From contig NC_043010.1 of NCBI RefSeq assembly GCF_006345805.1, positions 18,228,001-18,292,000 of the forward strand: DNA of 64,000 nucleotides. The letters run 5' to 3'. The DNA is from Octopus sinensis. Lineage: Eukaryota. Made by a program: the position numbers and the translations under genes. Shown here in pieces: positions 37,946 through 49,937 of the stretch. Under the pieces are notes generated by a model. That model saw only the letters and a list, made by a program, of their open reading frames with translations, did not search any database and was not told where the DNA came from. Each line of letters begins with the position of its first letter. Within the stretch, counting starts at the first letter, position 1.

Positions 37946-38156
37946 GCATATGTGGGCACAGGACGTCACGAAACGTGTACATCAAAAAAAGTACGAAGCA
38001 CAAGTACATGGAACATGAACTATTCTTTTGAACAACAAAAGACACAAATGGAAAACAAAACAAGCAACAAAGAATGGCCCTTCATCAGTTGTTGGCTCTA
38101 GTCTCATATTTCAAGCATACACATTTTGTGACGTCCTGTGCCCACATATGCATATA
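37941..38156. mobile_element. MITE with 29-bp perfect TIR embedded in a (TA)n tract
   Basis: TATATGCATATGTGGGCACAGGACGTCAC ... GTGACGTCCTGTGCCCACATATGCATATA. Confidence 0.75.
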
Positions 38157-38864
38157 TATACACATATATATGTATGTACATATACTTATATATATGTATG
38201 TACATATACTTATATATATATATAATAACAAGTCTGTATATCTCACTTAACTCATGTACTGAGGTTTTCATCTGAGGGAAAAATCTCTCAAGTCCGCTTG
38301 ATAAGGGCTGACCTGGTGTTAAACAATATATATCTAAATCATACATTATAACACCCCTACCCATGTGTGTGTGTGTGTGGGTAGTGGTGAAGAGAGAATC
38401 AACAGTACGTTGGACTAAATATCTGGCAGTATTTGTTACTGCCTTTTATGTTCTATGTTCAAATCCCATTCCAGTTAACTTTGTCTTCCATTCCTTCTGG
38501 GGTCAGTATATGTCTCCATTCCCACATTAAGACGGTGGAAATGTTCCATGGTAGAGACAAGAATATGTGACTCACCGAGTCATTCAGGTTTCAGATATTA
38601 CCATCATCATTATGCTGTTGTGGGTTAGATGGAGGTGAGAAGCCGGAGGGCTGCACCCAGCCCAAATGTCTACTTTGCCATGGTTTCTACAATGGGATAC
38701 TTTTCCTAATTATTTCATTTATTAGTTCTTTTGAAAGAAATTAGCTTGACAGAATGATGTCTGGTTGGTTAAACTTTCTTCCACACACACACACACAGAG
38801 CACTCCTGAAAAAAAACAATAAAGGAAGCAAAAACAAGGCAAGAAGAGTAACAAGTTAACTCAC

Positions 38865-38947
38865 CCACTGTTGGCATTGATTAAAACTGTGTTGAAGTTT
38901 AAATAAGTTACAGAACGTGGAAAGTCTTCTTGGTTGCTTGTGTGTGG
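38865..38947 (-). CDS. WDR6: WDR6 exon 11 (PHTSNQEDFPRSVTYLNFNTVLINANSG)
   Basis: AG/GT, phase 0-2; keeps the frame between exons 10 and 12. Confidence 0.85.
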
Positions 38948-39062
38948 CTGTAGAAGTATAAACACATCATATCATAACAGAACAACTTGGGTTCCAGGCC
39001 ATTCTAGCAAAAACAAAGTGAAGAATGAAGTTTAAATAAGAAAATTTTAAACCATTCTAGCA

Positions 39063-39425
39063 ACCTCCATCTGTCTAACACCCGTGGACATGTTTACAAA
39101 GTCAGAAAACAGCACAGCTCCCATGACTTTCGGAAACATTTTTTCATGCTAAGAGTTGCCGAAGCGTGGAACAAACTGCCAGCATCAGTTGTTAGTTGTC
39201 GGAGCACTGCATCCTTCAAAACTTCCATGCTTCCTGAGATTCGCCAACACAACACCTGATTTTCTCCCCTCCATACACACACAAGCATGTATCTGACTCA
39301 TACACTGTTCACTTCCCAGACATTTGTACATTAAGGCACATGCTTTATACGCACTTTTGAAAAGTTGTGGTGCACCTGAGCACTGTATACAATAATTTCA
39401 TTATTATTATTATTATTATTATTAT
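39063..39425 (+). mobile_element. 5'-truncated copy of the same CR1 family
   Basis: NTRGHVYKVRKQHSSHDFRKHFFMLRVAEAWNKLPASVV, same terminal GTGCACCTGAGCAC motif and (ATT)n tail. Confidence 0.9.
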
Positions 39426-40013
39426 AATCTCGATGTAACCCAAGTATTTTTATTTGGCCAGTATGTTACAGGGTAAATTTTAACACATTTCAAGGTCCTG
39501 GTAGACTTACTTTTTCCTATTATCAAATAGCTTATATCTGTACATATCTACTACACTTGATTACTCTAAGATGGTAATTCTGTTTTTAGAGTTTTTAAAT
39601 CTCCTGGACTGACACACAATGCCACCTGTGCTGGGGCAGTGACGTAGGCTGGCAGCCATAAGAATGTCAAGTTCCTCCACGTAATTTCTCTGGATTAAAA
39701 GAGGTGCTGGAAGAATAGTGGTTAGGGTTACCTGTGTACATATATATGCTGAAAAGATCCTGGCTTTAAGGGTATCGCGAAAGGCCTGGTTGGAAGCTCA
39801 ACCTTCCGAGTTCTTTTTACAGGGCTTAGAAAAACTGAAGGACCAGTGCAATAAGTGTGTGAATCTGAGAGGGGAATATGTTGAATAAAATCATAATTAA
39901 CTGATCCTCCTCTATTTTCTTATTTTCTTTTACCTAAAGCCAAGAACTTTTCAACACTCTATAGTATATATCTATCAGTGTTTGTGTGTGTGTATGAGAG
40001 AAAGAGACAAATA

Positions 40014-40232
40014 AGGTGGCGAGCTGGCAGAAACGTTAGCACGCTGGGCAAAATGCTTATTGGTATTTCATCTGAGTTCTGAGTTCAAATTCCGTCGAGG
40101 TCAACTTTGCCTTTCATCCTTTCAGGGTCAATAAATTAAGTACCAGATACGCACTGGGGTCGATGTAATCGACTTAATCCCTTTGTCTGTCCTTGTTTGT
40201 CCCCTCTGTGTTTAGCCCCTTGTGGGCAATAA
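40014..40232 (+). mobile_element. tRNA-derived SINE (core CCTTTCATCCTTTCGGGGTCGATAAATTAAGTACCAG)
   Basis: A-box-like TGGCAGAAACG and B-box GAGTTCAAATTCC; copies also at about 26667-26880, 48217-48448, 60051-60270 (+) and 24620-24792, 62265-62420 (-). Confidence 0.8.
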
Positions 40233-40286
40233 AAAAAAAATCTGTGTGTGTGAGCGTGTGTGGTAGGCACAGGTATGGCAGTGTGT

Positions 40287-40470
40287 TTAACTCTTTAGCA
40301 TTTAAACTGGCCAGATCTGGCTTTTCACACTTACTTTGCAATGTCATTCTAAAAATAAACAATCACATCTTCAAAAATCTCTAAATTACAAGATAATCCA
40401 TGATTAATTCAAAGCAATCTGAATAAATAAGCTTTACATTTGACAGAGTAATCTGGATTCTAAATGGTTA
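40287..40470. mobile_element. Second TTAA-flanked MITE family (also about 1085-1285, 2385-2810, 16865-17075)
   Basis: ttaactctttagcatttaaactggccagatc...gtcattctaaaaataaacaatcac...ggttaa shared among copies. Confidence 0.65.
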
Positions 40471-40748
40471 AGAAGTTTACTTTTGCAATCGCATGGTTTT
40501 GGATTTGTTCCTGCCATGTGGCAAATGACTCCTTCCACAGACCTTGGCAGATGGAAACTGTATGGAAGCTCATTCTTTCTGAGAAACAAGTAAGGACTGA
40601 TGACAAGAAGGCATCAGGCTGCAGAACCCCACCTCATAATATTTTGTCCAACCCATGCTAATATGAAAAATAACCCCCCAAAACACGCATAAAAATGAGG
40701 CAGACAGGCAAGTAGAAATGTTTGTATAAATCATAAAAATTACGTTAC

Positions 40749-40856
40749 CAAGATAGACTTGTCCAATTTCAGGTGTGTCTTGCTAATAGTTTTACAATTT
40801 TCTTCCACATTTCCAATGTTCCAAACCCGAATGCTGCAGTCACCTCCACCTGTTAC
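40749..40856 (-). CDS. WDR6: WDR6 exon 10 (VTGGGDCSIRVWNIG...KSIL)
   Basis: WD40 end TGGGDCSIRVW versus human ITGGDDSGIRLW; phase 0-0. Confidence 0.92.
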
Positions 40857-42813
40857 CTGCGAATGGAATCCAACATGACATACATTGTTATTATCTCAAG
40901 AAGAAATGACACCAACAGCAACAGGGATCCTCTATGTGATCATTCAACTTGCTAGAAACAACAGCCAAATCTCTCTCACAAACAACCTTAAAAAGTGAAG
41001 ACTACATTGGATAACTGGCTCCAGTCATTCCTCTGTAGCTAAACTGGGACACTGCCTTCAGTTGTTTTACTGGATTACTGAAGGTGACCTACATTTATAC
41101 TTTGTGGACCCTAGCTAACAGTCAACAAAAGCAACTGCACTTTAGGTCTCTTTTCTCAAGCTATGAAAACAGTTCAAAGTGCAACAGCGTCGACCCTGCT
41201 GGAGTTTCCCTGACTGCCTCATGTGTCACCAAATGCAAGATCACCAAAGTATTTATTTCATCAATTCCTATCTATTGAACTGCTAAGTTACCTCCACCTC
41301 ATCATCATTGACATAAAAAAGCACAATCCAACAACCCCTTTTTCATGGGTCCTGACAAAAGATGAAATGGGATTGTTATAGAGAAAATAGGTTTCATCAT
41401 GAGGCGGTTGCTGTATCAGAGTTGACCTGAGGCTAAACCTTAAAAACAAGACCCTTAATATTAGTAGATGTTTTTACAATAAGAGTAGTTATGTTGTTGG
41501 TGATGGAGGTGTTAGAAAATATAAAGCACCAGACTACATATCTTACAGTATTGTAGCTTAATCCTTCTCATCTCAAAGATTAAATCATAAATAGTTAGAA
41601 CTGCTTCACAAACACCAGGTATCTCTTCAAGATGCCAAATTATTTGAACTTTGACCAACTGCTGACCTTCTACAAAGCTGAAGTATAACTGGTATTACAG
41701 TACTTGTCACATATATGGACAATACTGTACTGCTTACATATTGGGAACGTTACATACAATACTGTATTTTATTTATGGTGAGCTGCTGAATAGCAAAACC
41801 AGTCATCACAAGAAGGACCTGTCTCTTGTGTCAGTTCATAGTGTCTACCTTTCTGGTCTCTGCTGCTGAAGAAGAAATAATCACTCTGAAATGCATACAT
41901 CCACCAGTCTGCTTAAGGAGAACTGTATTTAATACTTATTTGTCTCCAGCAAGAAATTTTCTCCACCATCACTAAATACAGTGAATGGCTTTCTTGTGGG
42001 TTCAAATAAGCCTGAAGCATATTTGAATTGGTAACAAGTTTGTATTTATGCACTTCACTGTTTAGTGTTGTCAGCCCATATGGTGCTCCCTTATATCTTC
42101 GTTTGTACCACTGTCACACACACACACACAAATCTCCTAAACTCACATTTCAGTTCTGCCACAAATCTAGGCTAGTGTTGCTATAGTTACACAGACACAA
42201 ATAGCTAAGACCCACACCCAAAACACTTCAGCGCCGGTCAGTTGATGTTCCTTTTCCTCTAAAGTTCTGGTTGATTCAACTCTCATCATGTTGCAACCAC
42301 AAACCCTCAGACACACTGTCATGGCCACTGCTACCCTGAACCCTCTAACAATATACCCCTATCAAAACATCTCCACTGCTCTCCAGATCCAATACTAAAT
42401 ATTCCACTCCATCCTGCCTTGAATTGTCACCCACTGAAATTCCTTTCCTTCCTAGCAACATTCATCAGCCCCTTTCCTGCTGATGAAACAGTTTTACCAT
42501 ATGGGGCCTTTTTACAGCTAAGTGGACTGTACCTGCCACATGGTATGATCCCCCCACCCCCATACCGCACTGTTTCCCTCACAACTCATCAACCCTTCCC
42601 CAGACACCTTAACCATTTCCATTCCATGATTGTAAGGCTTTTGGAATTCTCCACTGACCAACATAGATTTTTCCACATGTTTTGATGGAGAAATGTTTTT
42701 ATTGACCATGCCCCATAGCAATCTGTTTAGTGTAGGAGGGTCTAGAAAGACTGTAGGCACTGTCCCCGTACTCCTCCTTCTAACTAAACCCTTAATAAGA
42801 AGGGTTTACTCAC

Positions 42814-42861
42814 TGCAATAGTTTCTTCTTCATCTATGGCCAGGCTCCAGATACTCTTGCC
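42814..42861 (-). CDS. WDR6: WDR6 exon 9 (GKSIWSLAIDEEETIA)
   Basis: gtatttcag acceptor, gtgagt donor, phase 0-0. Confidence 0.88.
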
Positions 42862-43449
42862 CTGAAATACAACAACATCTACATACATTATATAGACATA
42901 CACATGTAAATGTATAGACACATACAGAAAGCAACAATATCTCTAAAAAAAAAAGTAATAGGGTGGCTAAATTACTATTAATCTAATATTATTTAATCAA
43001 TCTCATGTTAGTTAAATTAGCAAATAGTTTCATACCAGAGATGGAAAACTAAATCCAGCAATCATCAGAAATGGCTGCATGGAAGAGTATGGCCTGGAAT
43101 CTTTGTTACTGTAGGCCTGAAAGTGTTACATTCAGATTGGTTTTAAAACCGTGTGTGGTTGCATACATCCAGGTGTACGTATTCAGGCTGGTATGTAACA
43201 AAGTTGGGTGTACGGGGAACAAACAACTCCTCACATTGTGTCCAGTGGAAACACTGCCAGGGGAAGGACTAATGCTTAAATTTTAAACTGACCAATTTAC
43301 TAAATCATGAGGGCAGGAGCTAACCCCTCACCTTTAAAGTTTAGGTAGGAGACGTGGCTAAATGGAGTTCTTCACTATGATTCTTTTCCCAGCCAAGCAG
43401 AATCTACACCTCCTACTGCTGTTAGTAGTAATGGAACGCACTTGCATAA

Positions 43450-44190
43450 TATCCCCCGATGTCATAATGTGCAGCACTTTCCTTCAATGTCTATACATGT
43501 CTCACTAGGAATGTCATAAGATGCCTCTCTTGGATATTAAATGAGGACATGTGGTTGTTGAACCTGGTCCTGAAGCATAATATAGTATTAATAAGGTAGA
43601 CCCAGGAAGACATGGAACGAGGTGGTCAAGCATGACCTTCGTACGTTGAGCCTCACAGAGGCTATGACGAAAGACCAAGTCCTCTGGAGATATGCTGTGA
43701 CTTCGAAGACCCGACGAATGAAGTGAGTTCATGGCTTGCAGGATGGCCTGCTGTGCTAACCTTGGATCGTAGAGTGACCTGCTGTTCTTGAGGAGACCTA
43801 TTGAGTCAAGTACGTTAACACCAACATCAAACGAAAATTGAATGGAAATAGTAGTTAAGACACCTGTGCTGGTGACATGTTAAAAGAAAAGCACCGTCCA
43901 AATGTGACAGATGCCAGCGCTGCCTGACTGGCGTCTGTGTCGGTGACATGTAAAAGCACCAACCGATCGTGGGCGTTTGCTAGTTCCCTCTGGCCCCCGT
44001 GCCAGTGGCACGTAAAAAAGCACCCACTACACTCACGGAGTGGTTGGCGTTAGGAAGGGCATCCAGCTGTAGAAACACTGCCAGATCGTACTGGAGCCTG
44101 GTGCAGCCTCCTGGCTTCCCGGACCCCAGTCGAACCATCCAACCCATGCCAGCATGGAAAACGGACGTTAAACGATGATGATGATGATGA
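43450..44190 (+). repeat. (GAT)n-tailed repeat with extended 5' segment
   Basis: Ends acggacgttaaacgatgatgatgatg. Confidence 0.7.
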
Positions 44191-44220
44191 ATAACAGCAA
44201 CAATATGAGAGAAAGCCCCT

Positions 44221-44820
44221 GGTCCATCAGAAATTACTGCTGAGCTGCTTAAAATATCTGGAGGAGTAGGATACAACCTAGTCACCTGTGTAGTTAATCA
44301 TGAGAGAGTGATACCTAATGATTGGTGTAGCAGCATTATAGTTAACTGCTACAAAGGCAAAGGTGATGCCTTGGACAAGAATAATGACAGAAGTATGAAA
44401 TTGCTGGACCAGGTCATGAAAGTTACAGAAAGGGTCAAAGGATCATAGCTCAACGAATTAGGGAGAGAGTTAGCCTAGATAAGATGCAGTTTGGTTTTGT
44501 GCCAGGGAGAAGCTCTACTAATGCTATATTCCTGGTAAGATAACTGCAGGAGAAGTATTTAACCAAAAATAAACCTCTGCACTTGGCTTTTGTTGACATG
44601 GAGAAAGCCTTTGATAGGGTCCCTCGGGAGTTCACTGCAGAAGCTATGGGTAGGTGAGTGGTTGGAGAGAGAGCTGTCCAAGCCATGTACAGGGATGTTG
44701 CTAGTAAGGTGAAAGTCAGCAATGAGTATGGCAAGGAACTGAGAGTACAGGTAGGAGTTCACCAAAGATTGGCTCTCAGCTCCTTCTTGTTTCTCATAGT
44801 CCGTCAGGCCATAACATAGA
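44221..44820 (+). mobile_element. RTE-clade RT fragment
   Basis: KGKGDAL..MKLLDQVMKVTERV..QFGFVPGRSSTNAIF..LQEKY..AFVDMEKAFDRV. Confidence 0.85.
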
Positions 44821-45158
44821 GGCTGCATGTGAAGGAGAGAGAGAGAGAGAGATGTAGGAGGAACACAAGAGTGAGGAAAGTGGTGTGACAGATGATTAAA
44901 GGTTGAGATTGTTGTACCAATGAAACTGCCTTCAAATCACACCTAAGCCAATCAATAAAGTGTTGGTGGTGGTGGTGGCAGAAGTGTGATGATGATGGTA
45001 GCAACATTGTGGAGTGTGAGGTGGTGGGTGGGTTAGGGTTATAGTATGAAGTGTTAGAGATGGTTGTATGAAAGGACAGAAAACAGAGATGAAAATCAAA
45101 GAAAAAAAGAGACCAAGCTGAAGTCTTGAGGATGTCATCTATGTGACCTTTGACCCAC

Positions 45159-45221
45159 CTTATGACCTTTAAATTTCTGAATTATTTGACCTTCTGCATT
45201 CCAAATACAACAAGCTGCATC
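45159..45221 (-). CDS. WDR6: WDR6 exon 8 (DAACCIWNAEGQIIQKFKGHK)
   Basis: AG/GT, phase 0-0; human DCVCLVWSHEGEILQAFRGHQ. Confidence 0.92.
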
Positions 45222-45316
45222 CTGGGAAAAGAGGACAGAAATGAAACAAAACTATTAAAGAGAATTTTGCAAAATCAATTTACTACTGTTGTTAAAGAAC
45301 AGTGGCTTCTCCCTAC

Positions 45317-45892
45317 TGGTGCCAGTGGTGAGAAGCCACTGGGAATAGGTAAGGATGTATAGGACAATGACAAAAACAAACACAACAATAATTGTATGAT
45401 GGAAAAAGGCTGTGCGGCCACACGATGGGCAGATATGGGGGTAATGCATAGAACAATGAAAATGTAATACAGGATGGAAATGAAAACGGGACAAACAGAA
45501 AGTCAGAATGAAAGATGAAGAAAAAAAATAGGAGCAGAGAGAAACTTGACCAAGAGAGCCGTCACCTCACCATTGACAATTAGAGAAACTTGACCAAGAG
45601 AGCCATCACCTCACCATTGACTCCGTCAGTCATGTTTCTCTGCTCCTACAGATTTTATACACCATTTGGTTTCTTCATCTTTCATTCTGACTTTCTATCT
45701 GTCCCTTTCTTCTTTCCATCCTATTGAACATTTTCGTTGTCCTTTGCATTACCCCTTATTTGTCCATCTTGTGGCCACACAGCCATTTTTTTGTTGTTGT
45801 TTATGTATAATTATTTTATGTTGTCATGTTTGTTTCTATCACTGTCCTGTGTGCCATTAGCTATTCCCAGTCGCTTCTCACCCCTGGCGCCA
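45317..45892. repeat. Long imperfect inverted repeat (arms of about 230 and 260 bp) around a 44-bp tandem duplication
   Basis: Arms 45317-45545 and 45634-45892 align by reverse complement. Confidence 0.8.
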
Positions 45893-46039
45893 CCAAAAGT
45901 GAACAATATCATTGTTAAAGGCGCAAAATTGTTATGATCTTTTGGACGTTGACTGATGAGGAATTAGCAACAAATTTTTCGTTTTTTGTGTTTTTGTTAA
46001 ATTTTTGGAATATATATGATGGCCGTCCACTCGTGATCG

Positions 46040-46300
46040 AGGAAGACCATTGCTGACCCTCAAGAACATTGTGCGCTCTAAGACTAACTTACATTCTGCA
46101 TATGCAGCTCTGTTGGTGGCTAATGAGCCCTGCTCTTGACAAGCATACACAACTGCAAACATTGCAGACCAAGCTTTCCCCATTCACTACACTAGCAGTG
46201 CACTTCAAGCAACACGCTTAAGTTCTTCATGCAGAATACGTGCTCTCTCTAAAGTGTCAAACCCCGCTCCTTAACCTGCTTCTTCCATCTGTGGTGATGA
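46040..46300 (-). mobile_element. RTE/BovB-like C-terminal zinc-knuckle relic
   Basis: LVCNVCSCVCLSRAGLISHQQSC remnant on the reverse strand. Confidence 0.5.
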
Positions 46301-46424
46301 CAGGCAGTGCTCTCCCAGTCAGTCTCCTGCATATCACAGGCCTTTAATGAGGACTTGACACAGTCAAATTGCAGCCTTAGTTTCTACTGGGGTCTCTTTC
46401 CATTCACAAGTTCCCCATTTAGCA

Positions 46425-46470
<46 letters not shown>

Positions 46471-46672
46471 CATACATACATACATATATTCATGGTTTGT
46501 TTTTAATGTTGCTATGGATTTGAAGGTTTGCTTTACAGTTATCATTACTGACCTGGGTGATCTGATATCATGCATGCGAGGCCCAGCATCCTGAAATCAG
46601 TTTTCGTTAGTCAGATAGAGTTATAGGCCCTTACTTAAGAATCGCTCAGTAAAGCTAGACAAAACAACATAC

Positions 46673-46906
46673 TTCTCCAATGCTTATGATTCCAGTCGTT
46701 AACAGTCGAGCCCTCCATACTCTTGCTGAGTGGCCATATAATACATGGACAATTTCACTGGTGGCCATCGCCCAGTCTTCAGGCCAAATAGATTCAGGAG
46801 CATTCTTCCCTTGGAATGTGAGCTTCCATACTCGGATACTTCGGTCATCCGAAACACTGCACATCAGTTGTTGGTGCTGATGGTAATGGATTGAGAAAAT
46901 CACTCC
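46673..46906 (-). CDS. WDR6: WDR6 exon 7 (GVIFSIHY...SVSDDRSIRVWK...GHSARVWRARLLTTGIISIGE)
   Basis: WD40 repeats; GHSARVW identical to human; overlaps ORF 46655..46903. Confidence 0.95.
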
Positions 46907-47741
46907 CTGGATAGAAGCAATATGAATAAAAGAAAAAAAGTATCAACTTTGAGTGCAACATTTTAATTGAAGATACATAAAGGGAGGGGAATAGTTCTCT
47001 ATACATTTGAATATCTCTAGGGAGAGGGTGAATCGTTAGTAAAAGGGACCATTTGAGATTCATGACTGGAAAAAAAACATAATTACACCCTTGACTGAAT
47101 AACATTGGACATGAATAGAAATAAAAAGCAACAATATCTGGATAAGTCATACTAGGAATATGATTGGCAAAGTGAATATAAGCATTGATAAAGTATCAAG
47201 CATTAAATGTAGGAGTTTAGTGAGAGGACAAAGGTTCAATCCTTAGGTAAGGTAATAAACACTGGCTCAAGCAGAACAAGTGGGCAACACCACATGTTGG
47301 AGACTGGTCTTGCTATGGTCAACTCTAAGAGAACAACTAAACTCCATGGATTTATTAGCAGGTTTGGTTCCAAGTTCCAAAAATATTATCGAATATGACA
47401 GATACCAATAAAAGGGTCCAGAGGGCAAATTGACTGAAATATTGTAATTAACAAGGAAAACGAGGAGACTGATCTGATTCTATCAGGGTATAATATTGCG
47501 TAGTACACCATCCAGCAGACAAGTACTTTGGTATATGTGTGGAGTGAGGGAAGGAAGGAGAGAGGGGAGAGAGAGAGGTAGAAAGAGGGAGATGTAGAGA
47601 GAGGAGGAGTGGAGAAAATGTGAAGAAAACAAGTCTAGAGTAAGGTGGAGGGCATAGATGTAGAGTGCAGAGTAGTGGTAGGTGTGGAAAGGAGGTAGGG
47701 TGAGGAGGTAGTAGAAGTTAGAAGCTAAAGAACCAACTCAC

Positions 47742-47901
47742 CTGATGTCCTGTGAAGTATTGCAATGGCTTACTGAAGGTTTGACCAGAGTGATCAACTG
47801 TGGTGTTGACCACAGGTGACCACACTACAACCTGGTTGAACACTGTACCAGAAGCTAACAGCAGCTGGTTCCAACTGACTCCTATAAAATGTGCAGAGTA
47901 T
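47742..47901 (-). CDS. WDR6: WDR6 exon 6 (YSAHFIGVSWNQLLLASGTVFNQVVVWSP...FTGHQ)
   Basis: Phase 2-0; similar to human SSACLIGDAWKELTIVAGAVSNQLLVW...GH. Confidence 0.92.
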
Positions 47902-48444
47902 CTGGTTAACGAGTTAAAGATTACAGAGATGCTGTTTAACCCCAGGTCAGCCCCAGGAGGGTATAATTTGAAGGAGAGAAGGTTGAGATAGATGTGATGT
48001 CATTGTGGTTGGGTTTATGATGATGACATTACAATGTAGGAGTGGCTGTGTGGTAAGTAGCTTGCTTACGAACTACATGGTCCAGGGTTCAGTCCCACTG
48101 CGTGGCACCTTGGGCAAGTGTCTTCTACTATAGCCTTGGGCCAACCAAAGCCTTGTGAGTGGATTTGGTAGACGGAAACTGAAAGAAGCCCGTCATATAT
48201 GTATGTATGTATATGTAAGGCGGCGAGCTGGTAGAAACGTTAGCACGCCGGGCGAAATTCGTAGCCGTATCTCGTCTGTCGTTACGTTCCGAGTTCAAAT
48301 TCCGCCGAGGTCGACTTTGTCTTTCATCCTTTCAGGGTCGATAAATTAAGTACCAGTTACGCACTGGGGTCGATGTAGTCGACTTAATCCCTTTGTCTGT
48401 CCTTGTTTGTCCCCTCTGTGTTTAGCCCTTTGTGGGTAGTAAAG

Positions 48445-48496
<52 letters not shown>

Positions 48497-48751
48497 TTGT
48501 TTGTCCCCCCAACATCGCTTGACAACCGATGCTGGTGTTTTTAGGTCCCTGTAACTTAGCAGTTCGACAAAAGAGACCGATAGAATAAGTACTAGGCTTA
48601 CAAAGGATAAGTCCTGGGGTCGATTTGCTCGACTGAAAGCAGTGCTCCAGCATGGCCACAGTCAAATGAGTGAAACAAGTAAAAGAGTAAGGGTGAGTGA
48701 GTACAGTCAGAAGACAAGAGAGAGAGAGAGAGAGAAGCAATGAAAGGATAC
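47902..48751 (-). other. WDR6: U12-type GT-AG intron (WDR6 intron 5)
   Basis: Donor GTATCCTTT; TCTTTAAC branch-like motif at 47913-47920 close to the AG; no polypyrimidine tract. Confidence 0.8.
48035..48690 (+). mobile_element. Nested SINE-in-SINE composite filling most of U12 intron 5
   Basis: Head ggagtggctgtgtggtaag..gttcagtcccactg, second SINE at 48217-48448, tail gcagtgctccagcatggcc..gagtgaaacaagtaaaag. Confidence 0.75.
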
Positions 48752-48870
48752 AGAATACATTGTTCCTGACAGTGAACATAATTAAGCAGTTGGTCAGCTG
48801 TCCAATTCCATTGAACAATGACATTGTGGCCCAATGTAATGGCAAGATTGCTGTTTGGACATTGGTCAGT
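48752..48870 (-). CDS. WDR6: WDR6 exon 5 (TDQCPNSNLAITLGHNVIVQWNWTADQLLNYVHCQEQCIL)
   Basis: LAITLGHN versus human IALALGHN; followed by the U12-type donor GTATCCTTT. Confidence 0.92.
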
Positions 48871-49069
48871 CTGGAAACAAGATGGAGATAGAGGCAAAAA
48901 AAATATAGGAGCAAAACACAATTTAGAAAACTGTACTAAGATATATTTATAGAAATTAATTTCAGAGTATTAGATAATTATTATTCAATTATTAAATTAA
49001 AAATTACGTGTTGGGTGCATGCGTGTATATCAAAATGATGGGGTTAGAAGTTAATAATGTTGCTCGTAC

Positions 49070-49136
49070 ATTTGTCAGCCATCGAACATCCCAGATCCAA
49101 TCCTGAAATTCTCGACTTCTGTGTTCCTCTGTGATT
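49070..49136 (-). CDS. WDR6: WDR6 exon 4 (RITEEHRSREFQDWIWDVRWLTN)
   Basis: DWIWDVRWL versus human DWIWDARWL; AG/GT, phase 2-0. Confidence 0.93.
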
Positions 49137-49160
49137 CTGTTAAAAGAAAATATTCAGTAA

Positions 49161-49192
<32 letters not shown>

Positions 49193-49846
49193 TTGTCCCC
49201 CCCAACATCGCTTGACAACCGATGCTGGTGTTTTTAGGTCCCTGTAACTTAGTGGTTCAACAAAAGAGACCGATAGAATAAGTACTAGGCTTACAAAGGA
49301 TAAGTGGGGTGGGGGGACACAGGGAGAATTGGTAAATACTTCCATCACCACCCTAGACATTATCATCTCAATATGGGGTCTTCTACTCGTTTGATCAACC
49401 CAGTAGCTATAGCAACCAAATCTCTCTCAATTCATTCATCACCCTCTTCACAAAATAATAAGAAAAAAAAACATTGGACAATGTAAAGCGGGTAATAACA
49501 CAAAAGGACAGGGTGGTCATGTCTGGAATGGATTTGATCAGAGCTCATGAGATGAGATGAGTACATAACAAGAACTCCACTACTTCCACTATCCTCAGCA
49601 TCACTATCATCATCATCATCATCTACAACATCCCCACAACACCATAACAAATACCATTACCACACCACCACCACCCTCAACAAATACCCCACATCCACAC
49701 CACCACCATCACTGCTACCATCATCATCATTGTTCATGACAAGCAATGGTTCCCCCCAACCCCCACCCAAACCGGTTATAATGACCATACTGGATCCAGA
49801 GAATAAATAACAGCAGTAAAAACAACATAAAAACAAAAATATTTAC

Positions 49847-49937
49847 CTTTTGCCAGAATAGGAAACAATATTGAGTATCTTCTCACCATAAATGCAGAGG
49901 AAACCTTCTGTGGGGGTGGTCGTGGTAGTGGTGTGGT
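49847..49937 (-). CDS. WDR6: WDR6 exon 3 (DHTTTTTTPTEGFLCIYGEKILNIVSYSGK)
   Basis: AG/GT bounded, phase 1-2; similar to human VAVFGSKGLRVVKI. Confidence 0.88.
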
